Shown here: in pieces, positions 22,741-32,235 of the stretch
Layout of the letters: every line of letters starts with the position of its first letter
Numbering within the stretch: the first letter of the stretch is position 1
Origin: Spirochaetia bacterium
Lineage (GTDB): Bacteria; Spirochaetota; Spirochaetia; SZUA-6; Bin103
DNA: 64,000 bases
NCBI GenBank assembly: GCA_965199955.1
Contig: CBDATQ010000001.1
Coordinates: 2,112,001 to 2,176,000 of the forward strand
Reading direction: 5' to 3'
Position numbers and translations under genes: made by a program
Notes under the pieces: generated by a model
What the model saw: only the letters and a program-made list of their open reading frames with translations
The model's database searches: none
Told to the model about the DNA's origin: nothing

Positions 22741-23325
22741 TCAGGGGGCGAGCAAGCTGCGCTCCCACGACCCGTTCTCCGCACGGCGGTACTCCACGCG
22801 CCGGTGCAGCCGGTCCGGGCGTTCCTCCCAGAAGACGAACCGGTCCGGGAGCAGGCGGTAGCCTCCCCAGCGCGCCGGCCGTGGGACATCGAAGTTGCGC
22901 ACGCGTTCCTCGATACTCATCACGACGGTGTGGAGCAGCGCCGGGTGGTCGATCCGCGTCCCCTGGCGCCACGACGCGATGGCGATCTGCGCGTCGCGCG
23001 GCCGCTCGCGAAACGCCGCTTCGTCCTCGGCCGCCGACGTCTCCTCGACTCGACCGCCCACGCGGACCTGCCGGGCGAGTTCCCGCCAGTAGCCCAGCAG
23101 CACCGCGCGCGGATTGGCGCGGAGCTGCTCGCCCTTGGCGCTCTCGCGGTCGGTGAAGAACACGAAGCCGTCGCGTCCGGATCCGCGCACCATCACCATG
23201 CGGGCGTCGGGCACGCCGTCGGCGTCCGCGGTCGCCAGCGCCATCGCCTGCGGCAGCACCGCGCCGGCGGCGCGCGCGTCGGCCAGCCAGCGGTCGAACA
23301 GCTCGAACGGGTCGGCGGCGGTCAT
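22741..23325 (-). CDS. pdxH: Pyridoxine/pyridoxamine 5'-phosphate oxidase
   Basis: DPFELF, MALATA, PDARMV, FFTDRESAKG, RQVRVGG, WGGYRL, FWEERPDRLH. Confidence 0.88.
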   Translation of the reverse strand: MTAADPFELFDRWLADARAAGAVLPQAMALATADADGVPDARMVMVRGSGRDGFVFFTDRESAKGEQLRANPRAVLLGYWRELARQVRVGGRVEETSAAEDEAAFRERPRDAQIAIASWRQGTRIDHPALLHTVVMSIEERVRNFDVPRPARWGGYRLLPDRFVFWEERPDRLHRRVEYRRAENGSWERSLLAP

Positions 23326-23384
23326 CGGATCTCGCCCTAATGATCGCCAATTGGGCCGGAAATGTCCGCTTCCAGCCGCGGCGC

Positions 23385-23755
23385 ATGCACCGGCCGCGAT
23401 CGACACGGTCACCAGCCTGGGTGCCCACATCAGGCCGGCGCTGCTGCTGACCGAGATCCGCGCCGTGGCTGCCGACCGGCTGTGGCTGAGCCCCTTCCAC
23501 GGGCGCGACTCGCTGGCCATCCACTTCTCCTGGCGCAACGACTGGGAGGCGGTGCGGGCGGTGCTTCCGCGTCTGGAAGAGGCGCTCGCTCCATACCGCG
23601 CGCGCTTACACTGGGGGAAGCTCTTCGTGTATCCGCGCGAGTACCTGGAGCAGGTCTACGGAGCGTCGATGCAGCGCTTCCGCGACGCCGCCCGGGCGCT
23701 CGACCCGCGGGGCCGGTTCCGCAACGCGTTCCTGGTGCCGCGCGGACTGATGTAG
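23385..23755 (+). pseudogene. C-terminal fragment of an alditol/arabinono-lactone oxidase (ALO domain)
   Basis: EIRAVAADRLWLSP, LAIHFSW, ARLHWGKLF, LDPRGRFRNAF; FAD-binding N-terminus absent. Confidence 0.75.
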
Positions 23756-24160
23756 TCGTTGAACGCGCAGCAGGGTACGGCCACGTCGATGCGCTCGTCG
23801 CATGCCGCCGCCGGAATTGCCGAGCATGAGCACGCCGCCTTCGGCCACCTCGGGTAGCGCGACCAGTCGATCAGGCGCATCAGGTCCCAGACCCGTTCGC
23901 CGATCAAGGTGCGCCCCGCAAGCGCGACCTGCCATGCGTGGCACCGGCAGTCGCGGCCGACCTTGCCGGCGACGTCCCGTATGCGATAGCTCGACGGGTT
24001 GTTCCCCATGCCACGAGTCGCCGGTGCTATTGGCCAGGAAGCCCCGCTTCGCCGCCTGCACGGCGACGTCCTGATCCGTACGCTCGATCTTCTCCCTGGT
24101 CTGGGCCGTGTCCCAGACGCCGGCGTACTCGTCTCCTGCCGCGGGCCGTTCATCGGCACG
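23756..24160 (-). pseudogene. Fragment of an alpha/beta hydrolase (dienelactone hydrolase/esterase-like)
   Basis: AVQAAKRGFLA, GRTLIGERVWDLMRLIDW, nucleophile elbow GNSGGG, AACDERIDVAV, spread over frames. Confidence 0.7.
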
Positions 24161-24178
24161 ATGATATAGAGTCCGAGG

Positions 24179-25606
24179 ATGGATATCCGTCAGGAGATGA
24201 CGTTCGACGGCAGGAGTTATCCGGGATGGGTCTGGCCCGTTGCGGCCGACGGCGTCGAGTGCGTGCCCGGCGGAGCGATCCTGCGTTCCACGGGTGACGA
24301 AGCGGTGTCGGTGGGGGCCGCGGACGTCCATACCTGGAACGGCGACGCCATCGAGCTCACGTTCCGGACGCAAGGCGATGCGCGCGGCACGCTGGAGTTC
24401 GGGTACTTCGGCGGGGCGGAGCGCGCCGTCGCGGTGGTGGACTTCGCCGCGTCGACGCTCGCCCTGTGGACCAGCGACTGGCGCCTTGGTCAGCCGGTCG
24501 CCTCCGTCAAGATCGACATCGCCCCGGATCGGGACCACCTGCTGCGCCTGCGCAAGACCGACGGCGGCGGCACCCTGATCGGATTGTCCGACATGGAGCT
24601 GTTCTGGGACGCGCGGAGCGTGATCCGCTCACCCGGTCAGGACGTGCTTCCCGAGATGGGGGTGCGCCTGGCGGTGTGCAACCAGACGATCCTGGCGCGC
24701 CGCTTCGTGCTCTACGGAGAGCAGCCTCCCGTACCGGAGTACCTCCACGTCGGCGGCTACCAGGTCCTCAACCAGCCTTCCATCGAGGCGAACCTGCAGG
24801 CCATCTGCCGGGGTGCGCGGCAGGCGGCCGAGCTGGGGATCCAGTTTCTGGTGACTCCCGAGACGAGCCTGACCGGCCTGTTCGCCGAGCACGAGGTGAC
24901 GCAGAATCCCGAGCCCGTCAAGGAGGCCGAGGACAAGCTGCGGAGGTTCCTTGCCGAGTTGCCGGGTGCTCCGTTTCTGGTGGTCGGGTTGCCCGTCTGG
25001 GACAGGGATCCGGAGCACCCCGACCGCGTGATTCGCTACAATGTATCGCGCGTCTACGACCCGGACGGCGATATTCTCGCCGACTGCCCGAAGATCCACT
25101 CCTGCGAGGTCGACTTCTGGCACGGTCAGAGCCTGAACGAGTTCGACGTTCACGGTGTGCCCGTCAGCCTCCACGTCTGTCACGACGCGCGCTACCCGGA
25201 TACCTGGACGCTGCCGGCCATGTTCGGAGCCCGCCTGATCCTCCATCCTGCCAACGGCGGCAAGCAGCAGGGCAGCGTGGATGGCCTGGAGCGCATGGCA
25301 CACGCGGCCGTGACCTCCAGTCATGCCTTCTATCTGCACGTGAATGGGGGAGGCGGCAGCTACCTGGTGAGCCCCCACAAGTACGACAACCTGCTTGCCA
25401 CGAGCCTGGAATCGAGACGCGACAACCCGGCGTTCCCGATGGTCGGCGACCCGGTCGAGTGTCTGCTGCACGCCAACCTGCGCATCCACGATGCGTTCGG
25501 GTACTGGCCGGTTCGTTCCTTCCGGGTGTCCGAGGCCTCGGCTCGCGCCTACGTCGATCTGTACCGGGCGCGCGGCGGATCGAGGGCAACCCCGGCCGAC
25601 CCATAG
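24179..25606 (+). CDS. Carbon-nitrogen hydrolase (nitrilase superfamily) with extra N-terminal beta-rich domain
   Basis: Triad-like motifs VTPETSLTG (E), CPKIH (K), HVCHDARYP (C); about 180 aa N-terminal extension. Confidence 0.8.
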   Translation: MDIRQEMTFDGRSYPGWVWPVAADGVECVPGGAILRSTGDEAVSVGAADVHTWNGDAIELTFRTQGDARGTLEFGYFGGAERAVAVVDFAASTLALWTSDWRLGQPVASVKIDIAPDRDHLLRLRKTDGGGTLIGLSDMELFWDARSVIRSPGQDVLPEMGVRLAVCNQTILARRFVLYGEQPPVPEYLHVGGYQVLNQPSIEANLQAICRGARQAAELGIQFLVTPETSLTGLFAEHEVTQNPEPVKEAEDKLRRFLAELPGAPFLVVGLPVWDRDPEHPDRVIRYNVSRVYDPDGDILADCPKIHSCEVDFWHGQSLNEFDVHGVPVSLHVCHDARYPDTWTLPAMFGARLILHPANGGKQQGSVDGLERMAHAAVTSSHAFYLHVNGGGGSYLVSPHKYDNLLATSLESRRDNPAFPMVGDPVECLLHANLRIHDAFGYWPVRSFRVSEASARAYVDLYRARGGSRATPADP

Positions 25607-25758
25607 TGGCGGCGGCCCGGACAAGCGTCGGCAATAATGAACCCCGCATATCGGCAATTGAACTGAACCGCTTCGCGGTGGGGGTGGCGTCTGGCGCGCG
25701 ACAGCGTCTGCCGTTTCGAGTCTCGGAGCCCTTCTCCCACACGTCCCATACGTGATGT

Positions 25759-25932
25759 CTGAACTATCCGCTGGCCGATCTGCTGCGCACAAGCCTGCTG
25801 CTGCTCGGCCAGGGCCTGGCGCGACCACGACGACGCCGACCGGTTACGGCATGACCGGAGCTTTCGCGTGGCCAACGACACCCGCCGCGGCGCCATCGCG
25901 CTGGAGGCGGAAAACGTGCTGCCCTCGCAACC
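25759..25932 (+). mobile_element. IS1380-family transposase remnant
   Basis: YPLADLLRTSLLLLGQG / WRDHDDADRLRHDRSFRVAN / ALEAENVLPSQP resembles the IS1380 N-terminal GxxDxxDADxLRxD…SQPTLSR region; frameshifted and truncated. Confidence 0.7.
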
Positions 25933-25960
25933 TGGACCTGTCCCGGTCTGGTGGACAGTT
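25933..25960 (+). mobile_element. Possible IS3-family terminal inverted repeat (orphan end)
   Basis: TGGACCTGTCCCGGTCTGGTGGACA starts exactly where IS1380 similarity stops; TG terminus; no partner end found. Confidence 0.4.
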
Positions 25961-26179
25961 AATCGCTGAGGATTCTGTCCTCGCTGAAGAGCGTTCTACC
26001 CCGCTCTACCCGACGGGCGTGGCTGCGTGGTAGAGTCGAGGAGCGGCGCGTTCATTGAGAGAACCAGCGGGCCGGACATGCGGCCGGGGGACGGAGGGTA
26101 TCGCCATGGATTTACTGAGCGGACACATCGCCTCTGGACCCGCCCCGGAGCGGATGTTCTCGCAGAGCGGAGGACAGCT

Positions 26180-26584
26180 ATGTTGTCAAAGTTGCTTCTC
26201 GCCGTCGTGTTGCTCGTGGGTGCCGCGTTCGTCGCGGTCCCGCAGGACGTCGACGGGCTCAGCGACGCGGAGATCGCGGAGATTTCCGACGTATTCGCCG
26301 AGCATGGGTACGCGAACCGCACGGGGCTGAGCTGCACGGTTCACCCGCCGGAGACCACGACTACCCATCATTCGGTGACCACGCTGGTCTTCGAGGATTT
26401 GGAAGGGGGAGTGTGCAGATACGAGCGTCGTGAGTGGTCCGTGACCACGACCAAATACTGCACGACCTGTCAAGTCTGCATCGGCGTCGGAGACGTCAAG
26501 GTGTGCTTCCCGCCGAAGAAGATCTGTGTGTCGACCTCCAGGAAGTCTTCGGTGACGGTCACCACCTGGGACGAGGACTGCTAA
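26180..26584 (+). CDS. Secreted 134-aa Cys/Thr-rich protein of unknown function
   Basis: GGAGGA RBS; signal peptide MLSKLLLAVVLLVGAAFVA; 8 Cys; followed by hairpins. Confidence 0.75.
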   Translation: MLSKLLLAVVLLVGAAFVAVPQDVDGLSDAEIAEISDVFAEHGYANRTGLSCTVHPPETTTTHHSVTTLVFEDLEGGVCRYERREWSVTTTKYCTTCQVCIGVGDVKVCFPPKKICVSTSRKSSVTVTTWDEDC

Positions 26585-26623
26585 CGGCCGGGTGAGCGCA
26601 CTTCCTGTCGTGCTTACCATTCA

Positions 26624-26655
26624 GGGAGGCCCTGGGCGGGGAACCAGGGCCTCCC
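26624..26655 (+). terminator. Perfect 12-bp stem-loop after the Cys-rich gene
   Basis: GGGAGGCCCTGG-GCGGGGAA-CCAGGGCCTCCC. Confidence 0.6.
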
Positions 26656-26877
26656 GTTCCATGTCCATCGCCTCGATGAGCGTCGAGGCGCCGCGCCGAC
26701 TCGGCCATTGCGCAAGGGAAAATCAGCTCTTGCCTGATGCGGGCGGCGTGCGCGCGTGTCGTTCATTGGGGGAGACCAGCGGGCCGTGTCACGGAGGATA
26801 GCGTCATGGGTGGCGATGCACGACACTTCGTCTCTTGGAACCGCCCCGGAGGCGGCCTTAGCCTGTGGAGGGCTTGT

Positions 26878-27081
26878 ATGAACCGATCGAGACTATTCTC
26901 CGTGGCCTTCGCGGCAGCTTGCAGCGCCGCACTGGTGACCGTGGGAACGGCCAGCGCCGACACCCCCAACGACAAGGCCGACGACGCCTACGTCGAATGC
27001 GTCAACGAATGGAGTAGCTTCCGTCTCAAGACGATCGGCGACGTGGCGCCACAGCACGAGATGTCGACGGGAGGAAAGTGA
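26878..27081 (+). CDS. Short signal-peptide-bearing ORF, probably truncated
   Basis: GGAGG RBS; MNRSRLFSVAFAAACSAALVTVGTASA|DTP; 67 aa. Confidence 0.5.
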   Translation: MNRSRLFSVAFAAACSAALVTVGTASADTPNDKADDAYVECVNEWSSFRLKTIGDVAPQHEMSTGGK

Positions 27082-27126
27082 CTTCCGAATTCTTCGTGGC
27101 CAGCGAGCTGACGGCCGCGGCCGCAG

Positions 27127-27315
27127 CCTGTTACCGACCTGGTGATGCCGGTGTTCCGGAGCATGACGGGGGTCGAGTTGACCGGCCCGGTGATCACGCC
27201 GGCTGCGGTCGTCCCGGGCGTCGCGGCGTCGCTCGGCATCGGCGGGCTGCTCGGTACGCTGCCGGTCTTCTCAGCCCTGTCGTCACCGATCGCGGAAGGG
27301 ATCCGCGACCAGTGA
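27127..27315 (+). pseudogene. C-terminal remnant of a third permease-B paralog
   Basis: PVTDLVMPVFRSMTGVELTGPVITPAAV…PIAEGIRDQ* closely matches the C-terminus of 28574..29860. Confidence 0.85.
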
Positions 27316-27332
27316 TCCGCGACCAGTGATCC
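27300..27332 (+). repeat. 14-bp tandem duplication at the remnant/permease-A junction
   Basis: GATCCGCGACCAGT x2 plus GATCC; supplies the TGA of the remnant and the GTG of the next gene. Confidence 0.85.
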
Positions 27333-28570
27333 ACGGCGAGGACCTGCGCCTCGGCATCCGCTCGCTGCTCGGCCGGCCGGCCGAGTCGGTGCTGCTCGCG
27401 GTAGCCGTCGCGTTCGCGGTGGGGGCGACGGTAACCGGAATTACGCTGGCAGCCGCGGCGGCGACAATCTCCGACCGGCTGCTCTCGTCGCTCCACCATC
27501 GAGAGATCGTCGTCACCACGACGATGACGAGCACGACCGCGGAGGCGCCGGCGCGGCTTGTCCCACCCGATGTCGAGTTGACCTTCGAGGACTTGGATCG
27601 AGCCCGCTCGGTGACCGACGCGGTGCAGTACGCATACCTAGCCGAGAGCGAGTTCTACCACGTCGAGGCGATCGGCGACCCGCCGCCACGGCTCGAAGAC
27701 CTCTCCGTGGTCAAGGTGACGCCCGAGTACTTCGCCGCCCGCGAGCTGGCGGCCGCGGACGGCAGCCTGTTCACCCCGGCCGACATGGAGCGCGGCGAGC
27801 CGGTCATGGTGGTCGGCTCGGAGATTGGCGCGACACTGTTCGACGATGGTCGGGCGCTCGGCCGCGACATAGTGGCGGACTTTCGACGCTTTCACATCGT
27901 CGGCGTGCTGGAGCGCAGCGGCACCGACGCAGATGAGCGGGCGTTCGTTCCAGCAGGCGTCCTGCGGGAGAATTACCGACCGTCCGGCGATGGGACGGAA
28001 CGGATCGGTGGAATAGCCAGGTTCGGGCCCGATCAGACCAGCTTGCGATTCACGGTTGCCGATCGCGCGCTGGTGGGCGAGGCACGCGCGCAGGTGGCCG
28101 CGTATTTCGACGCCACCTACGGCGACAGTACGCTCAACATCACCGACCCACGCGCGGAGGCGCGCGCGGTAGCAGACCGCTACCGGCGCCTGGTCCGCGT
28201 CATCCTGCTCCTGGCGCTGTCGGCGTTGCTGATCGCCACGTTGAACATGTCGAGCATCTTCTCCGGCCGCGCGCTGCGCAGGCGGCGCTCGGCCGGCATC
28301 CTGAAGGCGATGGGAGCCGCCGGTACGCGGGTGTTCGTCGTGTTCCTGGTGGACGCGCTGGTGATGGGAGCGATCGGCAGCGCGGCCGGCGTGGGGCTTG
28401 CGATGCTGCTGGATCACCTGTTGGCGCGGGAATTCGGATTGGGGGGACTCGATGCGGGCCTGATCGCGGCGGGAGTGGGGGCGTCGTGGATCCTCGTCGC
28501 CGCCTGCAGCGTGGTGCCGGCGACGGCGGCGGCGCGCGCACCGGCGGCGGACGCGATCCGCTACGAGTAG
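27326..28570 (+). CDS. MacB/FtsX-like ABC permease A1
   Basis: N-terminal TM, large periplasmic domain (VTPEYF, GSLFT, VMVVG, IVGVL), GILKAMGA, C-terminal PAADAIRYE. Confidence 0.88.
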   Translation: MIHGEDLRLGIRSLLGRPAESVLLAVAVAFAVGATVTGITLAAAAATISDRLLSSLHHREIVVTTTMTSTTAEAPARLVPPDVELTFEDLDRARSVTDAVQYAYLAESEFYHVEAIGDPPPRLEDLSVVKVTPEYFAARELAAADGSLFTPADMERGEPVMVVGSEIGATLFDDGRALGRDIVADFRRFHIVGVLERSGTDADERAFVPAGVLRENYRPSGDGTERIGGIARFGPDQTSLRFTVADRALVGEARAQVAAYFDATYGDSTLNITDPRAEARAVADRYRRLVRVILLLALSALLIATLNMSSIFSGRALRRRRSAGILKAMGAAGTRVFVVFLVDALVMGAIGSAAGVGLAMLLDHLLAREFGLGGLDAGLIAAGVGASWILVAACSVVPATAAARAPAADAIRYE

Positions 28571-28573
28571 GCG

Positions 28574-29860
28574 ATGCGCACGCTGCGGTCGGCGCTGAGC
28601 AGCCTGGGGCGTTCGCCCGTCAAGACTTCGGTCATGCTGGCGACGGTCGGTCTGGGGGTGGCCGTGCTCATCTTGGCGCTGTCGATCAGCACCGCGTTCG
28701 CTCGGCTGATCGCCGAACGCCTGGACGGCTCGGGCCGGGTCGTCATGGTCCAGGTCAGCAGCCCCGAGGCCGACGAAAAACCTGGCGACGGCATTCCCGC
28801 TGATGACGTACGTAAGATCATCGATACGCTGGTCCAGGACGTCGACTCGGTCGCGGCGGCGACCGAGATCGATTCCGCCTTCCTGACCACCTTCATCGTC
28901 GGGGATGCCACGTACGAGATTCGAAGTGTGCTCAGCGTCTCGGAGGCATACCTGGACATCATGGATCTGGACGTGGTTGTGGGCAGTGGCTTCACCGGCG
29001 GAAGTGGCGACGCTCTCGTCAGCGCGTCGCTGGCGGAGGTCCTGTTCGGGTCCCCGGTCGCAGCGTTGGGTCAGCCGCTGCAGACGGCCGTACCCCGCAT
29101 CGAGATTCGAGGCAGCTTTCCGGACGATGACGCGTTCTTTCGCGACAGATTCTCGCGCGCGTACACGGTGCGCGGGGTATTCGCGGACCCGGATGAGCTT
29201 CGCCGCCGAGCCTACGGCGTCGCCGACATGTTGGTTCCTGCGGAGGGAACGGGAGGCCGGGCCACGTATTATTCGCAGCTTCGGTTTGTGATCGGCGTGA
29301 CGACCGGCAGGTTGGCGACTCTGGAGAGCCAGGTGCGAGCCGCGATTGCCGCCCGGTTCGGTGACGATCTTGGCGTGAAGGTGTGGGAAGGGGAGCCGTC
29401 TCACGCCAACGGTGTGCTGGAGAGCATCCGGTCTACCGTACGAACCTTTTCGCTGGTGGTGAATCTGCTCGCGGTCCTGCTGCTGGCCACCGGCGGCGTG
29501 GGCCTTCTCAGCATCATGGTCGTGGAGGTGCTGAGCCGTTCGCGCCAGATTGCGCTTTCCCGTGCGTTCGGAGCCACGAAAGCGGCGATCGTACGCGAAT
29601 TCCTCGCCCGATCGCTGATCATGATGGGCGCGTCGTCGGTGCTGGGCGTGGTGCTGAGCCTGTTCCTGTCGGCGCCGCTCACCGATCTGGTGGTACCGAT
29701 CTTCCAGGACGTGACAGAGATGGAGATGACCGGCCCGGTGATCACGCCGGCTGCGGTCGTCGCAGGCGTCGCGGCATCGCTCGGCATCGGCGGGCTGCTG
29801 GGGACGCTGCCGGTGTTCTCCGCCCTGTCGGCACCCATCGCCGAAGGGATTCGCGACTAA
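28574..29860 (+). CDS. MacB/FtsX-like ABC permease B1
   Basis: ATVGLGVAVLI, GLLSIMVVEV, IALSRAFGAT, PIAEGIRD. Confidence 0.88.
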   Translation: MRTLRSALSSLGRSPVKTSVMLATVGLGVAVLILALSISTAFARLIAERLDGSGRVVMVQVSSPEADEKPGDGIPADDVRKIIDTLVQDVDSVAAATEIDSAFLTTFIVGDATYEIRSVLSVSEAYLDIMDLDVVVGSGFTGGSGDALVSASLAEVLFGSPVAALGQPLQTAVPRIEIRGSFPDDDAFFRDRFSRAYTVRGVFADPDELRRRAYGVADMLVPAEGTGGRATYYSQLRFVIGVTTGRLATLESQVRAAIAARFGDDLGVKVWEGEPSHANGVLESIRSTVRTFSLVVNLLAVLLLATGGVGLLSIMVVEVLSRSRQIALSRAFGATKAAIVREFLARSLIMMGASSVLGVVLSLFLSAPLTDLVVPIFQDVTEMEMTGPVITPAAVVAGVAASLGIGGLLGTLPVFSALSAPIAEGIRD

Positions 29861-29882
29861 GCCCGAGTGCGCGCGCAATTTC

Positions 29883-29921
29883 TTGACGCAGTGCGCATGA
29901 TGTCATTACCGTTACATGTAA
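29883..29921 (+). promoter_or_regulatory. Sigma70-like promoter with palindromic operator candidate
   Basis: TTGACG (29883), 18 nt, TACCGT (29907); perfect palindrome TTACATGTAA (29912-29921) and imperfect ATGATGTCAT (29897-29906) in an AT-rich patch. Confidence 0.55.
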
Positions 29922-29947
29922 TTCCAGGTTCGGCAAGGGTAGTGCGG

Positions 29948-30207
29948 ATGGATGAGGACAGCTCGAAGTCGGAATCTCAGGGGAAGCCCGATGGAAAGGG
30001 GCCGCGCATCTTCCGGGTCGACGCGGAGCGGATTGCCGAGGGGCCTTCGGAGGCCGGTTCATGGGCCTCGACAAGCTCGCCGAGCAGACGCGGATCATCC
30101 GGGAGGTCAAGGACCGGCTGAAAGCGACGCTCAAGGATGAGGAGCTTCCGCGGAAACAAGGCAGCGGGGCGGCCGTGATCATCACGGACGCTGACCAGAT
30201 CAAGTGA
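29948..30207 (+). pseudogene. Internally deleted paralog of the downstream RHH regulator
   Basis: MDEDSSKSESQGKPDGKGPRIFRVDAERIAE…LDKLAEQTRIIREVKDRLKATLKDEELPRK aligns to both ends of 30237..30710; the middle RHH part is missing. Confidence 0.85.
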
Positions 30208-30236
30208 CGGTCCCGTGAGGACCGGTGGGTAAGCAC

Positions 30237-30710
30237 ATGAAAGCGGAGCAAGACAGCAGGAAGCACGAATCGCAGGGGAAGCAGGGCGGGAAGCGCCCCC
30301 GTGTCTTCAAGGTCGACGTAGACCGGATTGCCGAAGAGCTTGAGGAGGCCGGCGTCACTGGCCTCCACAAGAGCACGCTCGCCGCGATGCTCGAAGACCT
30401 TGACGAGACGGTCGAATCGGTTCGCGGCAAGCGGTCGAACGTCGTGATGGTCAGAGTCAGCAACGAAAGCCTGGACAGGCTGGACGACCTGGTCGAGTGC
30501 GGCCTGACCCGCAGCCGCTCGGAGGCGGCCGCCTTCCTCATCACGGAGGGCGTCAAGGCAAGAAGGGACCTCTTCGACAAGATCGCCGATCAGACGCGCG
30601 TGATCCGGAAGGCCAAGGAACGGCTGAAGGAGCTCCTCAAGGACGAGGAGCTCCCACGGAAAGACGGCGAAGCGACCGTCGTAATCGCAGACGCCCGCCA
30701 AGTCACGTGA
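30237..30710 (+). CDS. Ribbon-helix-helix (CopG/Arc/MetJ-like) regulator with coiled-coil tail
   Basis: NVVMVRVSNESLDRLDDLVECGLTRSRSEAAAFLI fits a beta-alpha-alpha RHH pattern. Confidence 0.7.
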   Translation: MKAEQDSRKHESQGKQGGKRPRVFKVDVDRIAEELEEAGVTGLHKSTLAAMLEDLDETVESVRGKRSNVVMVRVSNESLDRLDDLVECGLTRSRSEAAAFLITEGVKARRDLFDKIADQTRVIRKAKERLKELLKDEELPRKDGEATVVIADARQVT

Positions 30711-32226
30711 TCTTCCGAGAGGATCTGCGCATGAGCGTGCGCGCGCTGCTCGGCCGGCCGGCCGAGTCGCTGCTCCTGTCGCTCGGCGTGGCGCTCGCCG
30801 TCGGCGCCACGGCAGCCGGCGTCACGCTTGCCGGCACCACGCGGGCGCAGTCGGAGGAGCTGCTGGCGTCGCCCCGCTACCGCGAGATCGTCGTGTCCAC
30901 GCGCGCGGAGACGTCCACCATGGCGTTGCCGGCGCGGATGCGCGGCGCTGCGGACCTGGTCCTTGGTGTCGACGACCTGGAACGCGCGCGCTCGGTGGCC
31001 CCGGCAGTCCAGTACGCTTACCTGTCCAACCCGACCGGGTTCCTGCTCGGCGAAATCCCGCTTCCCACCGACATCGCAAAGTCCGCCGCCGGCCCAGCGG
31101 GAACGTCGGCGGCGTCAGCCGGGCCGGCGGGCACGACCGGTGCGGTGCAGGTATTTGTCATGCCGGCCACGTCTTCGACGTCCGGGCCGGCCGATGCCAC
31201 GAAGCTCGGTTCGGCGACGCGGGCCGATTCGGCGGGTGCCACCGGCGGTGCCGGTACGGCTCTCATGGGGGGCACGGTGACGAAGGGAGCGGTGGTGTCG
31301 GGAGACGACGCGAAGCAACTCCTGTCGGCCAAGGATCTGACCGGCTTCTCCCAGTCGATGGTGTCCGCACCCGACGGCCCGCAGCCGCAACTGGAGTACC
31401 TGCACGGGATGGAAATCACGCCCGATTTCTTCGTCGCGCGGGGTCTCGCCGCTGCGGCCGGCAGCCTGTTCGCCGAAGCAGACATGGCGCGGGGCGAACC
31501 GGTCCTGGTGCTGGGCTCGCAGCTCGGCGCGACCCTGTTCGAGGACGGAGCGGCACTGGACCGACAGGTGTTGTCGATGAACCGCCTGTCCTTGCTCCGA
31601 CCGGCACCGAGGTGGACGAGCAGGTGTTCACGCCAGCGCTGCAGGCCGCGGACAGAGTCAAGGAGTTCGCCATCAAGACTGCGGGCACGAATACCAACCT
31701 GCGATTCACCGTCGCGGACCCGGCGCACCTGGACGAGGCGCGTGCGCAGCTTGCCGGTCACTTCGCAGCCGCCTAAGGAGAGGGCGCCGTGTCGATCGGC
31801 ATCCCGCGGGCGGAGGCGCAGTCGACGGCCGATCGCTACCGGCGCCTGGTCACCATCATCCTCTTTCTGGCGCTGTCGGCGCTGACGATCGCGGCGGTCA
31901 ACATGACCAACATCTTCTACGGCCGTGCCGTCCGCAGGCAGCGCTCGGCGGGCATTCTCAAGGCGGTGGGTGCCAGCATGGGGCAGGTGTTCGCCGTCTT
32001 CTTCCTGGAGGCGCTCATCGTCGGTGCGGTTGGCGGAGCGGCCGGCCTGGGGCTGGCGGCGCTGCTGTCGCGCCTGATGGAGCAGACGATCGGCTTCGGC
32101 GCCCTGCATGCCGGACTGGTCGTCGCCGGCGTCGCCGCCGCGTGGACCGTGGTCGCCGCCAGCAACGTGCTGCCGGCCGCCGCGGCGGCACGGATGCCGG
32201 CCGCGGACGCGATCCGCTACGAGCAG
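30707..32226 (+). pseudogene. MacB-like permease A2, disrupted
   Basis: Paralog of A1; frameshift or deletion near 31590; TAA at 31774 where A1 has TAC; terminal TAG replaced by CAG; Ala/Gly/Thr/Ser-rich insert. Confidence 0.8.
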
Positions 32227-32235
32227 GATCCGGCC

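Noticed and set aside
26180..26584. Cys-rich ORF as a RiPP precursor or c-type cytochrome
   Set aside because: No modifying enzymes (radical SAM, LanM, YcaO) in the window, a Sec-type signal rather than a leader peptide, and CTTCQ lacks the CxxCH His.
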